The notes under the pieces are model-generated. The model was not told the origin of the DNA and ran no database searches. It saw only the letters and a list, made by a program, of their open reading frames with translations. From Candidatus Hydrogenedentota bacterium (GTDB lineage Bacteria; Hydrogenedentota; Hydrogenedentia; Hydrogenedentales; SLHB01): DNA of 59,424 nucleotides. Where the stretch lies: the NCBI GenBank assembly GCA_034408725.1, contig JAWXCN010000124.1:1-59424 (forward strand), written 5' to 3'. Shown piece after piece: positions 1 to 8,474 of this stretch; position 1 is the first letter of the stretch; every line of letters starts with the position of its first letter. The position numbers were made by a program, and so were the translations under genes.

Positions 1-2
1 AC

Positions 3-248
3 ATCTACATCTACGGCTTCAATACGCGGTCCTGGCGCATTTTCGAGTTGACCGGCGCGAAACAGGAGCTGGTGCTTCGAGAGCACGTCGCGCGCGACGG
101 CCAGCTTTACGAAATGTACGGGTACGGTCTCATCCGGCCCGAGTTTGACAAGTTCCGCGAATTCTTTCTAAAGCGCTTCAAGGGCATCGATCTTCAGACC
201 ATGATTCGCGATCTCAACGAAGATGCCGCGACCGGGTCCTCGACGTAA
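3..248 (+). CDS. RimJ/RimL-type GNAT acetyltransferase, C-terminal part (5' end outside window)
   Basis: The frame is open from position 3: IYIYGFNTRSWRIFELTGAKQELVLREHVARDGQLYEMYGYGLIRPEF. This matches the RimJ/RimL/SpeG tail (N-x-x-S...G...E..LR.H...DG...D...YGLL..E). The TAA stop overlaps the next ATG. Confidence 0.75.
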   Translation: MYIYGFNTRSWRIFELTGAKQELVLREHVARDGQLYEMYGYGLIRPEFDKFREFFLKRFKGIDLQTMIRDLNEDAATGSST

Positions 249-982
249 TGGCCGGGTACATCCTTTGGGCATTGCTCGCCGTACACGTCGTGTATTCATT
301 GCTCTCAAACCGATGGATGCCAGGGGAACAGCCGCAGGGTAAGGTCCACATGATCCATGTCCTCCTTCAAGCGCCATTGCTGTGGGTCGCGGTCTATATC
401 GGCTATCACAGCGACGTGTTTTCGCGTGACCTGATTTCTCCGGTCTACATCTGCATCGGCCTCATCGCCGGACACCTGATCTTTGGCTTCTCCATTCTCG
501 CCACACACCTCTCCTGGCGTGATGCCTGGGCGCATTTTTTTGATTTTGGGCCGCTCTGGAATTTCGCGATGGACAGCCCGGTAGTGTTGACGCGCTTTCT
601 GGGTGTTGCGTTTGCCGAGGAACTGATCTGGCGCGTGGCCGGCCAGGCGCTGGCCATCGAATATTTTGCGCAGTACACAAGCGGCCCCGCGGCGGTTGCG
701 CTGGGCATCGCGGTGATTGCCGCTGGGTTTGTCGTCGTACACAAACACTATTTCGAAAACACCTGGTATATCTCCGCCGAGTTTACTGGCTTTGCGCTCT
801 TGATCGGCGCGCTGTACTTCGCGACCGGCAGCTTTATTCTGGTGATGATCATTCACGCGCTACGCGACATCGAAATCGCGTATCTGGAATATCTGGGCAA
901 AGTTGAAGAACTCGGCGACGAAACGCAGGCCGCGCGCGCGATCGAGCAATCATACCGCCCGCGTCGATTGGAGAACATATGA
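248..982 (+). CDS. CPBP/Abi (CAAX-type) intramembrane glutamic endopeptidase
   Basis: Multi-TM protein with CPBP motifs EExxxR (AEELIWR), FxxxH (FVVVH) and HxxxD (HALRD). Confidence 0.85.
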   Translation: MAGYILWALLAVHVVYSLLSNRWMPGEQPQGKVHMIHVLLQAPLLWVAVYIGYHSDVFSRDLISPVYICIGLIAGHLIFGFSILATHLSWRDAWAHFFDFGPLWNFAMDSPVVLTRFLGVAFAEELIWRVAGQALAIEYFAQYTSGPAAVALGIAVIAAGFVVVHKHYFENTWYISAEFTGFALLIGALYFATGSFILVMIIHALRDIEIAYLEYLGKVEELGDETQAARAIEQSYRPRRLENI

Positions 983-2019
983 GCGCCGCGGCCGCCGTCG
1001 AGTTGTGCGACGTCGACAAGATTTTTCACACGCACCATTTTTTCAAAAAGCACGAGGAAACCGGGAAACGCCGGGTGTACTACCGCAAGACGGTGCACGC
1101 GGTGGACCACGTATCGCTTGAGATCCGGCCTGGAGAAATCCTGGGGTTGCTTGGACGAAACGGCGCTGGCAAAACCACGACGGTGAAAATGATTTCCGGT
1201 TTGGTGAAACCAAATTCGGGGACTGTGCTTGTCGATGGCATGGATGTCGAAAAGAAGCGGTTGAAGGTGTTGCGCAAGATCGGCGTCGTGCTTGAAGGTA
1301 CGCGCACGTGCATCTGGCCGCTGACTCCGCTCGAAAATCTTTCGTATTTCGGAAACCTGCGCGACGTGAAAGGTTCGATGCTCAAGGAACGCAGCCAGGA
1401 ATTGCTCGACTTCATCGGTTTGAAAGATAAAATGAACGTCGAGGTGCGCAAACTTTCGAGGGGTCAAAAGCAGCGTCTGGCAATTTGTATCGCGCTGATA
1501 ACCGACCCGCCGGTGTTGCTGCTGGATGAGCCGACGACCGGTCTCGACGTGCAAAGCAGCCGCGCGATCAAGGATAAGTTGATCGAGATGACGCGCCAGC
1601 GGGGCAAATGCGTGCTCGTGACAACGCACGACATGAACACCGCGCAGGAAGTTTGCGACCGCATCGCCATCGTCCATGACGGAAAACTCGCTACCTGTAA
1701 ATCGACCCGCGACTTGCTGGGCCTGTTTTCGGATCATACCTATCATCTCCACGTTGACAGGGCGCCGGACCTCGCGCCAATACGGGCGTTGCCGGGAGTT
1801 ATCGCATCGGACACGCTTGAGGACGAGGGAACTGGCCCGCGCGTGTCCGTGCGGTTTGAAATTGACGACCGCGCGCGTTCCGCCGCGTTATACGCGGTGA
1901 TGGATCGGCTTCAGCGCGATGGTGTTGTCCTGCGTTCGATTACACATGCGCAACAGAATCTCGAGGACGTGTTCCTGCGCATTACGGAAAAAAGCTTGAA
2001 CATCGGGGGAAAGTCGTAG
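979..2019 (+). CDS. ABC exporter ATP-binding subunit (DrrA/NatA-like)
   Basis: Walker A GRNGAGKTT, signature LSRGQKQR, Walker B LLLDEPT, H-loop TTHD and C-terminal LEDVFL. ATGA overlap with the upstream gene. Confidence 0.95.
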   Translation: MSAAAAVELCDVDKIFHTHHFFKKHEETGKRRVYYRKTVHAVDHVSLEIRPGEILGLLGRNGAGKTTTVKMISGLVKPNSGTVLVDGMDVEKKRLKVLRKIGVVLEGTRTCIWPLTPLENLSYFGNLRDVKGSMLKERSQELLDFIGLKDKMNVEVRKLSRGQKQRLAICIALITDPPVLLLDEPTTGLDVQSSRAIKDKLIEMTRQRGKCVLVTTHDMNTAQEVCDRIAIVHDGKLATCKSTRDLLGLFSDHTYHLHVDRAPDLAPIRALPGVIASDTLEDEGTGPRVSVRFEIDDRARSAALYAVMDRLQRDGVVLRSITHAQQNLEDVFLRITEKSLNIGGKS

Positions 2020-2021
2020 CA

Positions 2022-2948
2022 ATGGGTTTTTTTCTCGTGCTCAAGGCGGAAGTTGTCCGATCCATGATCGTGACGCGGCGCTACTGGTTTGCAACGATGA
2101 CAGCGCTCCTCGTTGCCTGTGTCATGTTCTATGGCTTCATCAACATATTCCTGTCTGGCCTCGGGCTTGGGGCAAGCATGGCGGGCGTCGCGGTCGACCG
2201 CGCGCTCGGACTCGTAATCGGGATATTCGCGTTCAGCATCGTGGGCATGTTCAGCAGCGGCCTGGCTGGCATGGCGCGTAGCGGCGAGCTGGAACAGGTC
2301 TACATGAGTCCACATGGTCTCATCACCAATTTCATGGCGCGATCCGCCGTCGCCACCGTGCTCAGTATCATTACGTGGACCATCCTGCTCATGTTTATCT
2401 CCGCGGCGTTTTCGGAAAAGGGCGATGGCGCGCCCGCGCCAACGCAAACCGCGCATGCCGAAGGCGTGCCGACTGCGACGCCAACGAAGGGGCCCGTCGC
2501 CGACGTCGAGGGCAAGCCCGGCGTGAAGTCGGCGCCTGACGGCAAAATTCACGCAAACCCGGCCGCGGTCTCCGTGCTGTTCTTGCTCACGTATTTCAGC
2601 ATGACGGGATTCGGGTTCATGGTCGGAGGTCTCGTGCTGGTGTTCAAGCAGATTGGCCAGGTCGCCGTAATCTTGCGCATGGCGATGATGGCCGTGGCAT
2701 GGAAGGCCAGCGATGGGCTATATGACCTTCCGCTGGTGCTTCGATCTATCGCGCACGCCGTACCCGTGACGGACGCGGCGATTTGCCTCAAGCTTGTTCT
2801 CCTGCAAAACTACGGCATGCACATTTTCATACACCCGTCGTTCATGTTTCTCCTGTTGAATGTCGCCGTGTGGACGCCCATCGGCCTCGTGTGTTTCAAA
2901 GCCATGGAAAACTGGGCGCGCAGCCGCGGCACGCTGGGTGCATTCTGA
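2022..2948 (+). CDS. ABC-2 type exporter permease
   Basis: About 6 TM helices with GxLE motif (RSGELEQVYMSP) and terminal ARxRGTLG-F. Directly follows the ABC ATPase. Confidence 0.85.
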   Translation: MGFFLVLKAEVVRSMIVTRRYWFATMTALLVACVMFYGFINIFLSGLGLGASMAGVAVDRALGLVIGIFAFSIVGMFSSGLAGMARSGELEQVYMSPHGLITNFMARSAVATVLSIITWTILLMFISAAFSEKGDGAPAPTQTAHAEGVPTATPTKGPVADVEGKPGVKSAPDGKIHANPAAVSVLFLLTYFSMTGFGFMVGGLVLVFKQIGQVAVILRMAMMAVAWKASDGLYDLPLVLRSIAHAVPVTDAAICLKLVLLQNYGMHIFIHPSFMFLLLNVAVWTPIGLVCFKAMENWARSRGTLGAF

Positions 2949-4870
2949 TGGCCCGCGACGCGCTACATCGCTTTGTGGAAAGTGATCGCCGGTTTGCCGT
3001 TGATCCGGAAACGTGTTTCTGTTTTGAATGCGACGAGATTTCCTGGGACGTCCTCGAATATTACCCGCACGCTTCCGTGAACCGAATCTACCATTTGCTT
3101 GGCGAGCGTTACAGCGTCAAGGAACTCGAAGAAGTCATCGGCGAACTGGAATGGTTGCGTTCGACACGCGCAATCCTGCCCGCGCCCAAAAAAGACGACG
3201 TTCAAAAAGAAATCCAGTTCGAGCGCGGACTCAAGCGGGTTTCGATATGCCTGCCGCGCGACGGCACGGAAGCCGCCGTGAAAAAGAAGGGGTGGTTCAG
3301 CCAGGGCGCGACGGTTATGTCGAGTTCGGCGCGCGACATCGGTCACGACGCAATCGCGCTTTTGCTCGGGCGTGCGGGCGAACAGAAAGAATTGCTGATC
3401 GAGTTTGTCGAAGAAGGCCACGTCCACAACCCTGAGCTGGTGGCCGATCTCTGCGCGCACGCGATGAAATGCGGAAAACTCGCGGGCAAAAAACTTACGG
3501 CGTCCGTCCTCGTTCAGAACATAGAAGTCGCAAAACCGCCCGCATCCCTCGAAGGCCATACCATCAGCGCGTCACTCGAATTTACTGAATCCGCGGACAT
3601 ACTCACCCACCTGCGTCCGTTTGCAAAGACGACAGGTGAAGCATTTGCCCGGCTGGTGAAAATCGTTCAGCCGGATGCCCCCGGTGTGCATGGCCGGATT
3701 ACTGTGCGCCCCAATCATCCGAATTTTTCCGGTGTGGTTGAAGAATTGGAAAAGACGGGATTCACGACTATCGATCTCGATGTTGACGGCGCGTACATCG
3801 CCAACCCTACATTGAATCCCGCGGAAATGTTGGATGCGCTGCGCCAGTCGGCCATGTACTACGCGAAGCGACTTCTGCAACACAAGTATTATCGCGTCGA
3901 TCCCATTGCTCCGCTGTTTTATCGCATCTACGACGGTTCGCCCACGCGCCGCACGGACCCCGCCGGCACCAACGAACTCGCCGTCGATGCGGACGGCGGC
4001 GTTTATCCCTCGCGCCGCCTGATGGGTGTCGAAGCCTATAAGCTTGGCACAGTCATGGGCGGCGAAATCGATGAGCACATTCGCGCGCGCTTTGACGAGG
4101 TGGGCGCTTCGACAACAGGAGTGTGCCGGCGCTGCTGGGCGCGCAACCTCTGCGGCGGAGGCAACACCGCCGTGCACCACGCGCTAACAGGATCGCATCG
4201 CACACCGCATGAAGGGTGGTGTGACGCGCAACGCGCATGGATGTCTTCAGCCGTCAGCGCGTTCAATCTGCTGTCATCCGAGGGCGTGAATTTTACGCGG
4301 GTGTACCGCACGCTGACGCGCTCGGCCCGGCCCTCGTTCTTCACGCTGGTGCGCGCGATGTTCCGGATGACCATTGGCATGCGCCCGTGCGAAGAAGCCG
4401 ACGCGCAGATGCTGTCGGACTGGGAGAACTGGAACCCGGCATCGTACTTCCTGTTCACGGAAGGCGGCATTATGCTCACCACGAAATACGATCGTGAAAT
4501 GGACGCATTGCACCCTTCGCCCGGGGAGCAGGAAATGATCCTGATCAAAAAAGACGGCTCGGCCATTGGACTCATAAAGCTCCGGCCCGACCGCTTGCCG
4601 GGCGCCGCACAGGGCTGGCTGTATTTGCATAATGAGGTGGATTACGCCGCGGATGATGTGCGGAAAGGGTTTCGCGCGTTGCTGAAAGAAGCGGGCGGGC
4701 AGCAGGCGATCCGCCGCTTGACGATTCCCGCCGCCGCGTATGAAACGGGCTTGCAAACGTTTTTGGAAGCAATCGGGTTCGCGCGCGAGGGGACGTTGCG
4801 CGAGACTTTATTCGTGCATGATAAATATCACGACGTGCATCTATATGGGATAGCAACCGATCGGTTATAG
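2948..4870 (+). CDS. RRE-like + degenerate radical SAM + SPASM + GNAT fusion protein (640 aa; probable pseudoenzyme)
   Basis: ATG at 2948 overlaps the permease TGA. N-terminus resembles CteB/ScfB RRE domains. SPASM signature AGTNELAVDADGGVYP...LG...CRRCWARNLCGGG...GWC. RimJ/L GNAT tail GFAREGTLRETLFVHDKYHDVHLYGI. No CxxxCxxC motif. Confidence 0.85.
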   Translation: MARDALHRFVESDRRFAVDPETCFCFECDEISWDVLEYYPHASVNRIYHLLGERYSVKELEEVIGELEWLRSTRAILPAPKKDDVQKEIQFERGLKRVSICLPRDGTEAAVKKKGWFSQGATVMSSSARDIGHDAIALLLGRAGEQKELLIEFVEEGHVHNPELVADLCAHAMKCGKLAGKKLTASVLVQNIEVAKPPASLEGHTISASLEFTESADILTHLRPFAKTTGEAFARLVKIVQPDAPGVHGRITVRPNHPNFSGVVEELEKTGFTTIDLDVDGAYIANPTLNPAEMLDALRQSAMYYAKRLLQHKYYRVDPIAPLFYRIYDGSPTRRTDPAGTNELAVDADGGVYPSRRLMGVEAYKLGTVMGGEIDEHIRARFDEVGASTTGVCRRCWARNLCGGGNTAVHHALTGSHRTPHEGWCDAQRAWMSSAVSAFNLLSSEGVNFTRVYRTLTRSARPSFFTLVRAMFRMTIGMRPCEEADAQMLSDWENWNPASYFLFTEGGIMLTTKYDREMDALHPSPGEQEMILIKKDGSAIGLIKLRPDRLPGAAQGWLYLHNEVDYAADDVRKGFRALLKEAGGQQAIRRLTIPAAAYETGLQTFLEAIGFAREGTLRETLFVHDKYHDVHLYGIATDRL

Positions 4871-4885
4871 CGCGTCGCGAACGTA

Positions 4886-5186
4886 CGGGGCTGATGCAGA
4901 CACCCCTTTGGCTGTTTATGGGAGAGGACTTTGTGCGCGCAGGGGTACGGGTAGCGCAGACACCGCTTTGGCTGTTTATGGGCGATGACTTCGTGTATGC
5001 ACGGGTTAAGGGGTAGTCCATCTGCGTTAAACAGCCAAAGCGGCGCCTTGGGGACCGCCGCAGTCCAAATAGGCTTCTTGTTAGAACGTGGTTTTCGGTG
5101 GAGGACTATTTGGACTGCGGTGGCGAAGAGGGTAGGGTTCCGGTTTTGCCGGGAGTGAAAGCGGTAGCGGCTGCTACCTCAGTCCA
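4886..5186. repeat. BIME-like array of REP elements (A/B/C variants)
   Basis: Contains gcagacaccgctttggctgttta (two copies), taaacagccaaagcggcgccttggggaccgccgcagtccaaatagg and ggactatttggactgcggtggcgaag. These units recur at six other intergenic sites. Confidence 0.9.
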
Positions 5187-5204
5187 TATTGGGCATGCCT
5201 CTGC

Positions 5205-5498
5205 CTATTCGAGGTATTTGCTGACCCGGGAGGCGACGAGTTCTACGACAGACTGCAACCGGTGCGCGCCTTGCTCGATACTTTTGCGCGCCTGTTCGAG
5301 GCGCGCCTGGCGTCCTTCATCAACGGCAGATGCCGCTAGGCGCTTGAGTTCGGCGGCGCCTTGGGCTTCACTGCTAAATACAGCGTGATCGCCGTCTCCG
5401 GATATGCCGCGGACCTCGCTACGTTTTGCGGGGCGATCGGGAGTGGGGCTGGCGCCTATTGGGGTGATTAGTCCCGCGATTCCCTGTATGCCTGCCAT
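5205..5498 (-). CDS. flgM: FlgM-like anti-sigma-28 factor
   Basis: 97 aa with D-x-x-x-F-S-S-E-A and RQARLEQARKSIEQGAHRL, resembling FlgM (R..RV..LK..I..G.Y). GGGAGA RBS and an upstream sigma-28 promoter. Confidence 0.7.
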   Translation of the reverse strand: MAGIQGIAGLITPIGASPTPDRPAKRSEVRGISGDGDHAVFSSEAQGAAELKRLAASAVDEGRQARLEQARKSIEQGAHRLQSVVELVASRVSKYLE

Positions 5499-5545
5499 GG
5501 ATAGTTCTCCCTAACGTGCTGCGCGGCATCCTTGCCTGTGAAATA

Positions 5546-5573
5546 CTATCGGCAATCATCACCTTCAACTTTA
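5546..5573 (-). promoter_or_regulatory. Sigma-28 (FliA/SigD) promoter
   Basis: The minus strand reads TAAA-N16-GCCGATAG, about 48 nt upstream of the flgM-like start. Confidence 0.75.
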
Positions 5574-5663
5574 CTGCTTGCAAAAGGTTGTTCGCCTTGT
5601 GGACTGGATGGGCAATAATGGTACATAATTCATAACTTCTTCGCGGGTAAAGGGGTTAGGTGG

Positions 5664-5843
5664 ATGATCACAAGCACGTTCGCACTAATTTATTGCGTGG
5701 TGTATATCGCATCTGTGATTTGGGCGTTTGTGGACGCGCAGAACCGCGGCAAATCGGGTTGCCTGGTGGCGCTTTTGGTGTTGATCCTGGTCTGGCCGGT
5801 CGGCCTTGTCATATGGCTGCTCATTCGTCCCGAACGGGCGTGA
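5664..5843 (+). CDS. Small two-TM membrane protein (PLDc_N-like), 59 aa
   Basis: Hand translation: MITSTFALIYCVVYIASVIWAFVDAQNRGKSGCLVALLVLILVWPVGLVIWLLIRPERA. Shows the W..DA..RG...P.G..W...RP pattern. Below the ORF-track size cutoff. Confidence 0.75.
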   Translation: MITSTFALIYCVVYIASVIWAFVDAQNRGKSGCLVALLVLILVWPVGLVIWLLIRPERA

Positions 5844-5882
5844 TCGGCTTTTGCCCGTGGTGCAATCTACGCGCGTGAGGAA

Positions 5883-7559
5883 TTGAACGGGGGTTGTGTG
5901 AGCAGTGGTGCCGAGCGGCGCAGGCCGGTTCTAATAGTTTTCATCGCCTTGTGTCTTGGCGTCGCCGTGTTCGCCATTACGGAGATCGCGTACAACATTG
6001 TCGCGGAGCGCGCGCTTCCCGGCTATGAAGCAGTTGGCGCCGTTTCGCTCGCGATGGACATCAACAGCTATTATTCATTTATCCATCAGGCTGCGGAAGG
6101 TCATTTCTTTTTCCGCAACAACATGACCCATGAACCCTGCGACGCGGCATTCATCAACGTGCAATGGTGGGCCGTTGGAAAAGGCATGGCATGGTTCGAC
6201 TGGACACCCCGGCGCGCGTTTGTCGTGTGGCGATTCATCGGCTCGTTGGCGCTGATGCTCGGGTTCGCATTTCTCGCGCTCGTGACGTTGCCGCGCACGT
6301 ACCAGCAGCTCGTAGCACTGGTGATGTGCGCATTTGGCGGCGGATTCGGCTGGGTGCTCGCGTTGTTGGGTTCCTTCCACCTCGTGGATACGACCAACAC
6401 ATTCGGCCTACGCAATCCCGCCATGGACCTCATAACGGCCATTCACCCTTTTGGCCAGATTATGAAGAATCCGCATTACAGCCTGCCGCACGGTACGTTT
6501 CTGGCTCTCCTGGCTTTTTTTATAGTTGGTGAACGAACCGGGAGGACCCGCTGGTATGTCGCGTCCGCGGGGGTAGCCATTATCCAGGGGTTGTTCCGGC
6601 CGTATGACACGATCACTATTTGCGCAATGGTTCCTGCGTTTATCGCCGTGGAATACGCGATCACGCGAAAGTTTCAGCTCCGGCAAATAGTGCTGCGCGC
6701 GTTGCCGATGCTTGTCAGCGTGCCGTTGCTAATCTATTACTTCTACATTTTTTCGCTGCATCCCGTCTTTCGGTTTTGGGCCGAGCAGGGGAAACAGCCG
6801 CCTGCGTCATTTTTCTGGCACACAAGTGGCCTTGGACTTGCCGGAGTATTTTTCATCTATCGTATCGCGCGCAGGAAACGGTACCCCTTCACGGCATCAT
6901 GGGAACGAATGTTGGTCGTGCTGACGGCAACCATACTGTTGTTGTACCACGGAAACCATCTGACGCGGGTCCTTTCGTTCTCACCCCAGATCGGAATTCC
7001 GCTGATCCCACCCATGATTATTATCGCGCTAGGCATGCTGCCGCCGCTGGCCGAGCGGTGGCGCAACTCGCGTATCCCAACTCACGTGGGCGCGGTTGCG
7101 GGCTTTCTCATCGTAAATGCGCTAAGCACTCCCCTGTTCCTGACGTGGAACGCGAATATTGGCTCTGTCGAGGCGCGGAACTATATACGCACGACAGACC
7201 TTGATGCTATCGCATGGCTGGCCAAGAATACCGGCCCGGATGATATAGTGCTTTCCAGCGAGTTCATGGGAAGCCGCATCGCGTATTACACGCCGGTTCG
7301 CGTGGCTATGGGCCATTGGGCGCTGACACCAAACGTTCGGCAACTTCGAAAAAAGTTTGAGCGGTTCAAGGAAGGCGAATTACCACGAGACAAGGCCGCC
7401 GAGTTTATCGAAGAAATCCGGCCGCGGTATATCTATGTGTCGAATCCAGACTACGCCGCAAAGCCCTCGTATTTCCGGCGAACCACCGGCGCGGAGCGTG
7501 TGTTCGAGAATAAAGATGTCGCCATTTATGAGGTCGCCCGAGACACGAGCGCGGGGTAA
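5883..7559 (+). CDS. Polytopic membrane protein, GT-C-like glycosyltransferase candidate
   Basis: Many TM segments, early acidic loop (MDINSYYSFIHQA) and a C-terminal soluble domain (DAIAWL...VLS...RYIYV...VFENKDVAIYEV). The start could be GTG 5898. Confidence 0.6.
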   Translation: MNGGCVSSGAERRRPVLIVFIALCLGVAVFAITEIAYNIVAERALPGYEAVGAVSLAMDINSYYSFIHQAAEGHFFFRNNMTHEPCDAAFINVQWWAVGKGMAWFDWTPRRAFVVWRFIGSLALMLGFAFLALVTLPRTYQQLVALVMCAFGGGFGWVLALLGSFHLVDTTNTFGLRNPAMDLITAIHPFGQIMKNPHYSLPHGTFLALLAFFIVGERTGRTRWYVASAGVAIIQGLFRPYDTITICAMVPAFIAVEYAITRKFQLRQIVLRALPMLVSVPLLIYYFYIFSLHPVFRFWAEQGKQPPASFFWHTSGLGLAGVFFIYRIARRKRYPFTASWERMLVVLTATILLLYHGNHLTRVLSFSPQIGIPLIPPMIIIALGMLPPLAERWRNSRIPTHVGAVAGFLIVNALSTPLFLTWNANIGSVEARNYIRTTDLDAIAWLAKNTGPDDIVLSSEFMGSRIAYYTPVRVAMGHWALTPNVRQLRKKFERFKEGELPRDKAAEFIEEIRPRYIYVSNPDYAAKPSYFRRTTGAERVFENKDVAIYEVARDTSAG

Positions 7560-7611
7560 TTTCGCAAATTAACGGTGCGAGGGTGCGAATTTGGTGTGCT
7601 GGCACACACGT

Positions 7612-7640
7612 TTGACTGTGCTGGCATTGCTTCGTATACT
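7612..7640 (+). promoter_or_regulatory. Sigma-70 promoter for the HNH gene
   Basis: TTGACT-N17-TATACT. Confidence 0.7.
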
Positions 7641-7744
7641 GTTTGAGCCTTTTCGCATTGCATCCGCGCCGATGGCTACCGGGCCTGTATGCATGGGACC
7701 GTGTAGCAATCGGCGCATAGTGTATATGCGACGGAGTGACGCGC

Positions 7745-8350
7745 ATGTTAGAAGGAAACGTATTAGTCCTGAACAAGTCGTGGGCCGCGGTGCACATCGC
7801 GTCGGCCCGGCGCGCGTTCACGCTCCTCTACATCGGCGCGGCGCGCGCCGTCCATCCCCAGACGTATTCCCTGCACGACTTTGGCGAATGGGTCGAGTTG
7901 TCGCAAAACGGCTTGGGCGGGCGCTACATCCACACGACGAACCTGCGCATCCGTGTGCCGGAAGTCATTCTGCTATCGCTCTTCAATGGATTCATCCACC
8001 ATGAAGTGCGGTTCTCGCGCCAGAGCATCTTCGAGCGCGACAAAAGCACTTGCCAGTATTGCGGTAAACATTTTTCGCGGGGCCAACTCACCATCGATCA
8101 CGTCATGCCCCAATCGCGCGGCGGCGGTGATTCGTGGGAGAACCTTGTCCTTGCCTGCTTGCATTGCAACGTCAAGAAAGGCAATCGCACGCCGGACGAA
8201 GCGAACATGCCGTTGCTCAAACGGCCCTACAAGCCGGCGTGGATGCCGCATTTCGGCGCGCGCGTCCCGCAGGACCAGCTTGCGGTCTGGAAGAAATTTG
8301 TCGACACCGCCCACTGGGGCCTTCCCGCGCGGGAATCCGCCGCTTCGTAG
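7745..8350 (+). CDS. HNH endonuclease (McrA-like, stand-alone)
   Basis: VLVLN N-terminus, RVPEVI, FSRQSIFERD..CQYCG, LTIDHVMPQSRGG..SWENLVLACLHCNVKKGNRTP. Confidence 0.95.
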   Translation: MLEGNVLVLNKSWAAVHIASARRAFTLLYIGAARAVHPQTYSLHDFGEWVELSQNGLGGRYIHTTNLRIRVPEVILLSLFNGFIHHEVRFSRQSIFERDKSTCQYCGKHFSRGQLTIDHVMPQSRGGGDSWENLVLACLHCNVKKGNRTPDEANMPLLKRPYKPAWMPHFGARVPQDQLAVWKKFVDTAHWGLPARESAAS

Positions 8351-8474
8351 TCTTTCCGCCGCACAACTCGACCGGGTGCATCCGTCCGCCTTATTCGCCA
8401 CCGAGCATTTAAACGGGCCGCGGATCCGACTACGATTGATCGCGTCTTCCTGAAGCAACAACAAAGGGTAAGCC

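Noticed and set aside
2783-2947. N-terminal extension of the rSAM-like ORF in the track
   Set aside because: It overlaps the permease; the coupled ATG at 2948 begins the recognisable RRE-like domain.
4871-5204. RiPP precursor peptide downstream of the operon
   Set aside because: The interval is made of REP units; ORFs 4572-5021 and 5098-5388 translate repeats or antisense sequence.
7745-8350. IscB/Cas9-like RNA-guided nuclease
   Set aside because: Only ~200 aa, with no PLMP or RuvC motifs; an ordinary stand-alone HNH.
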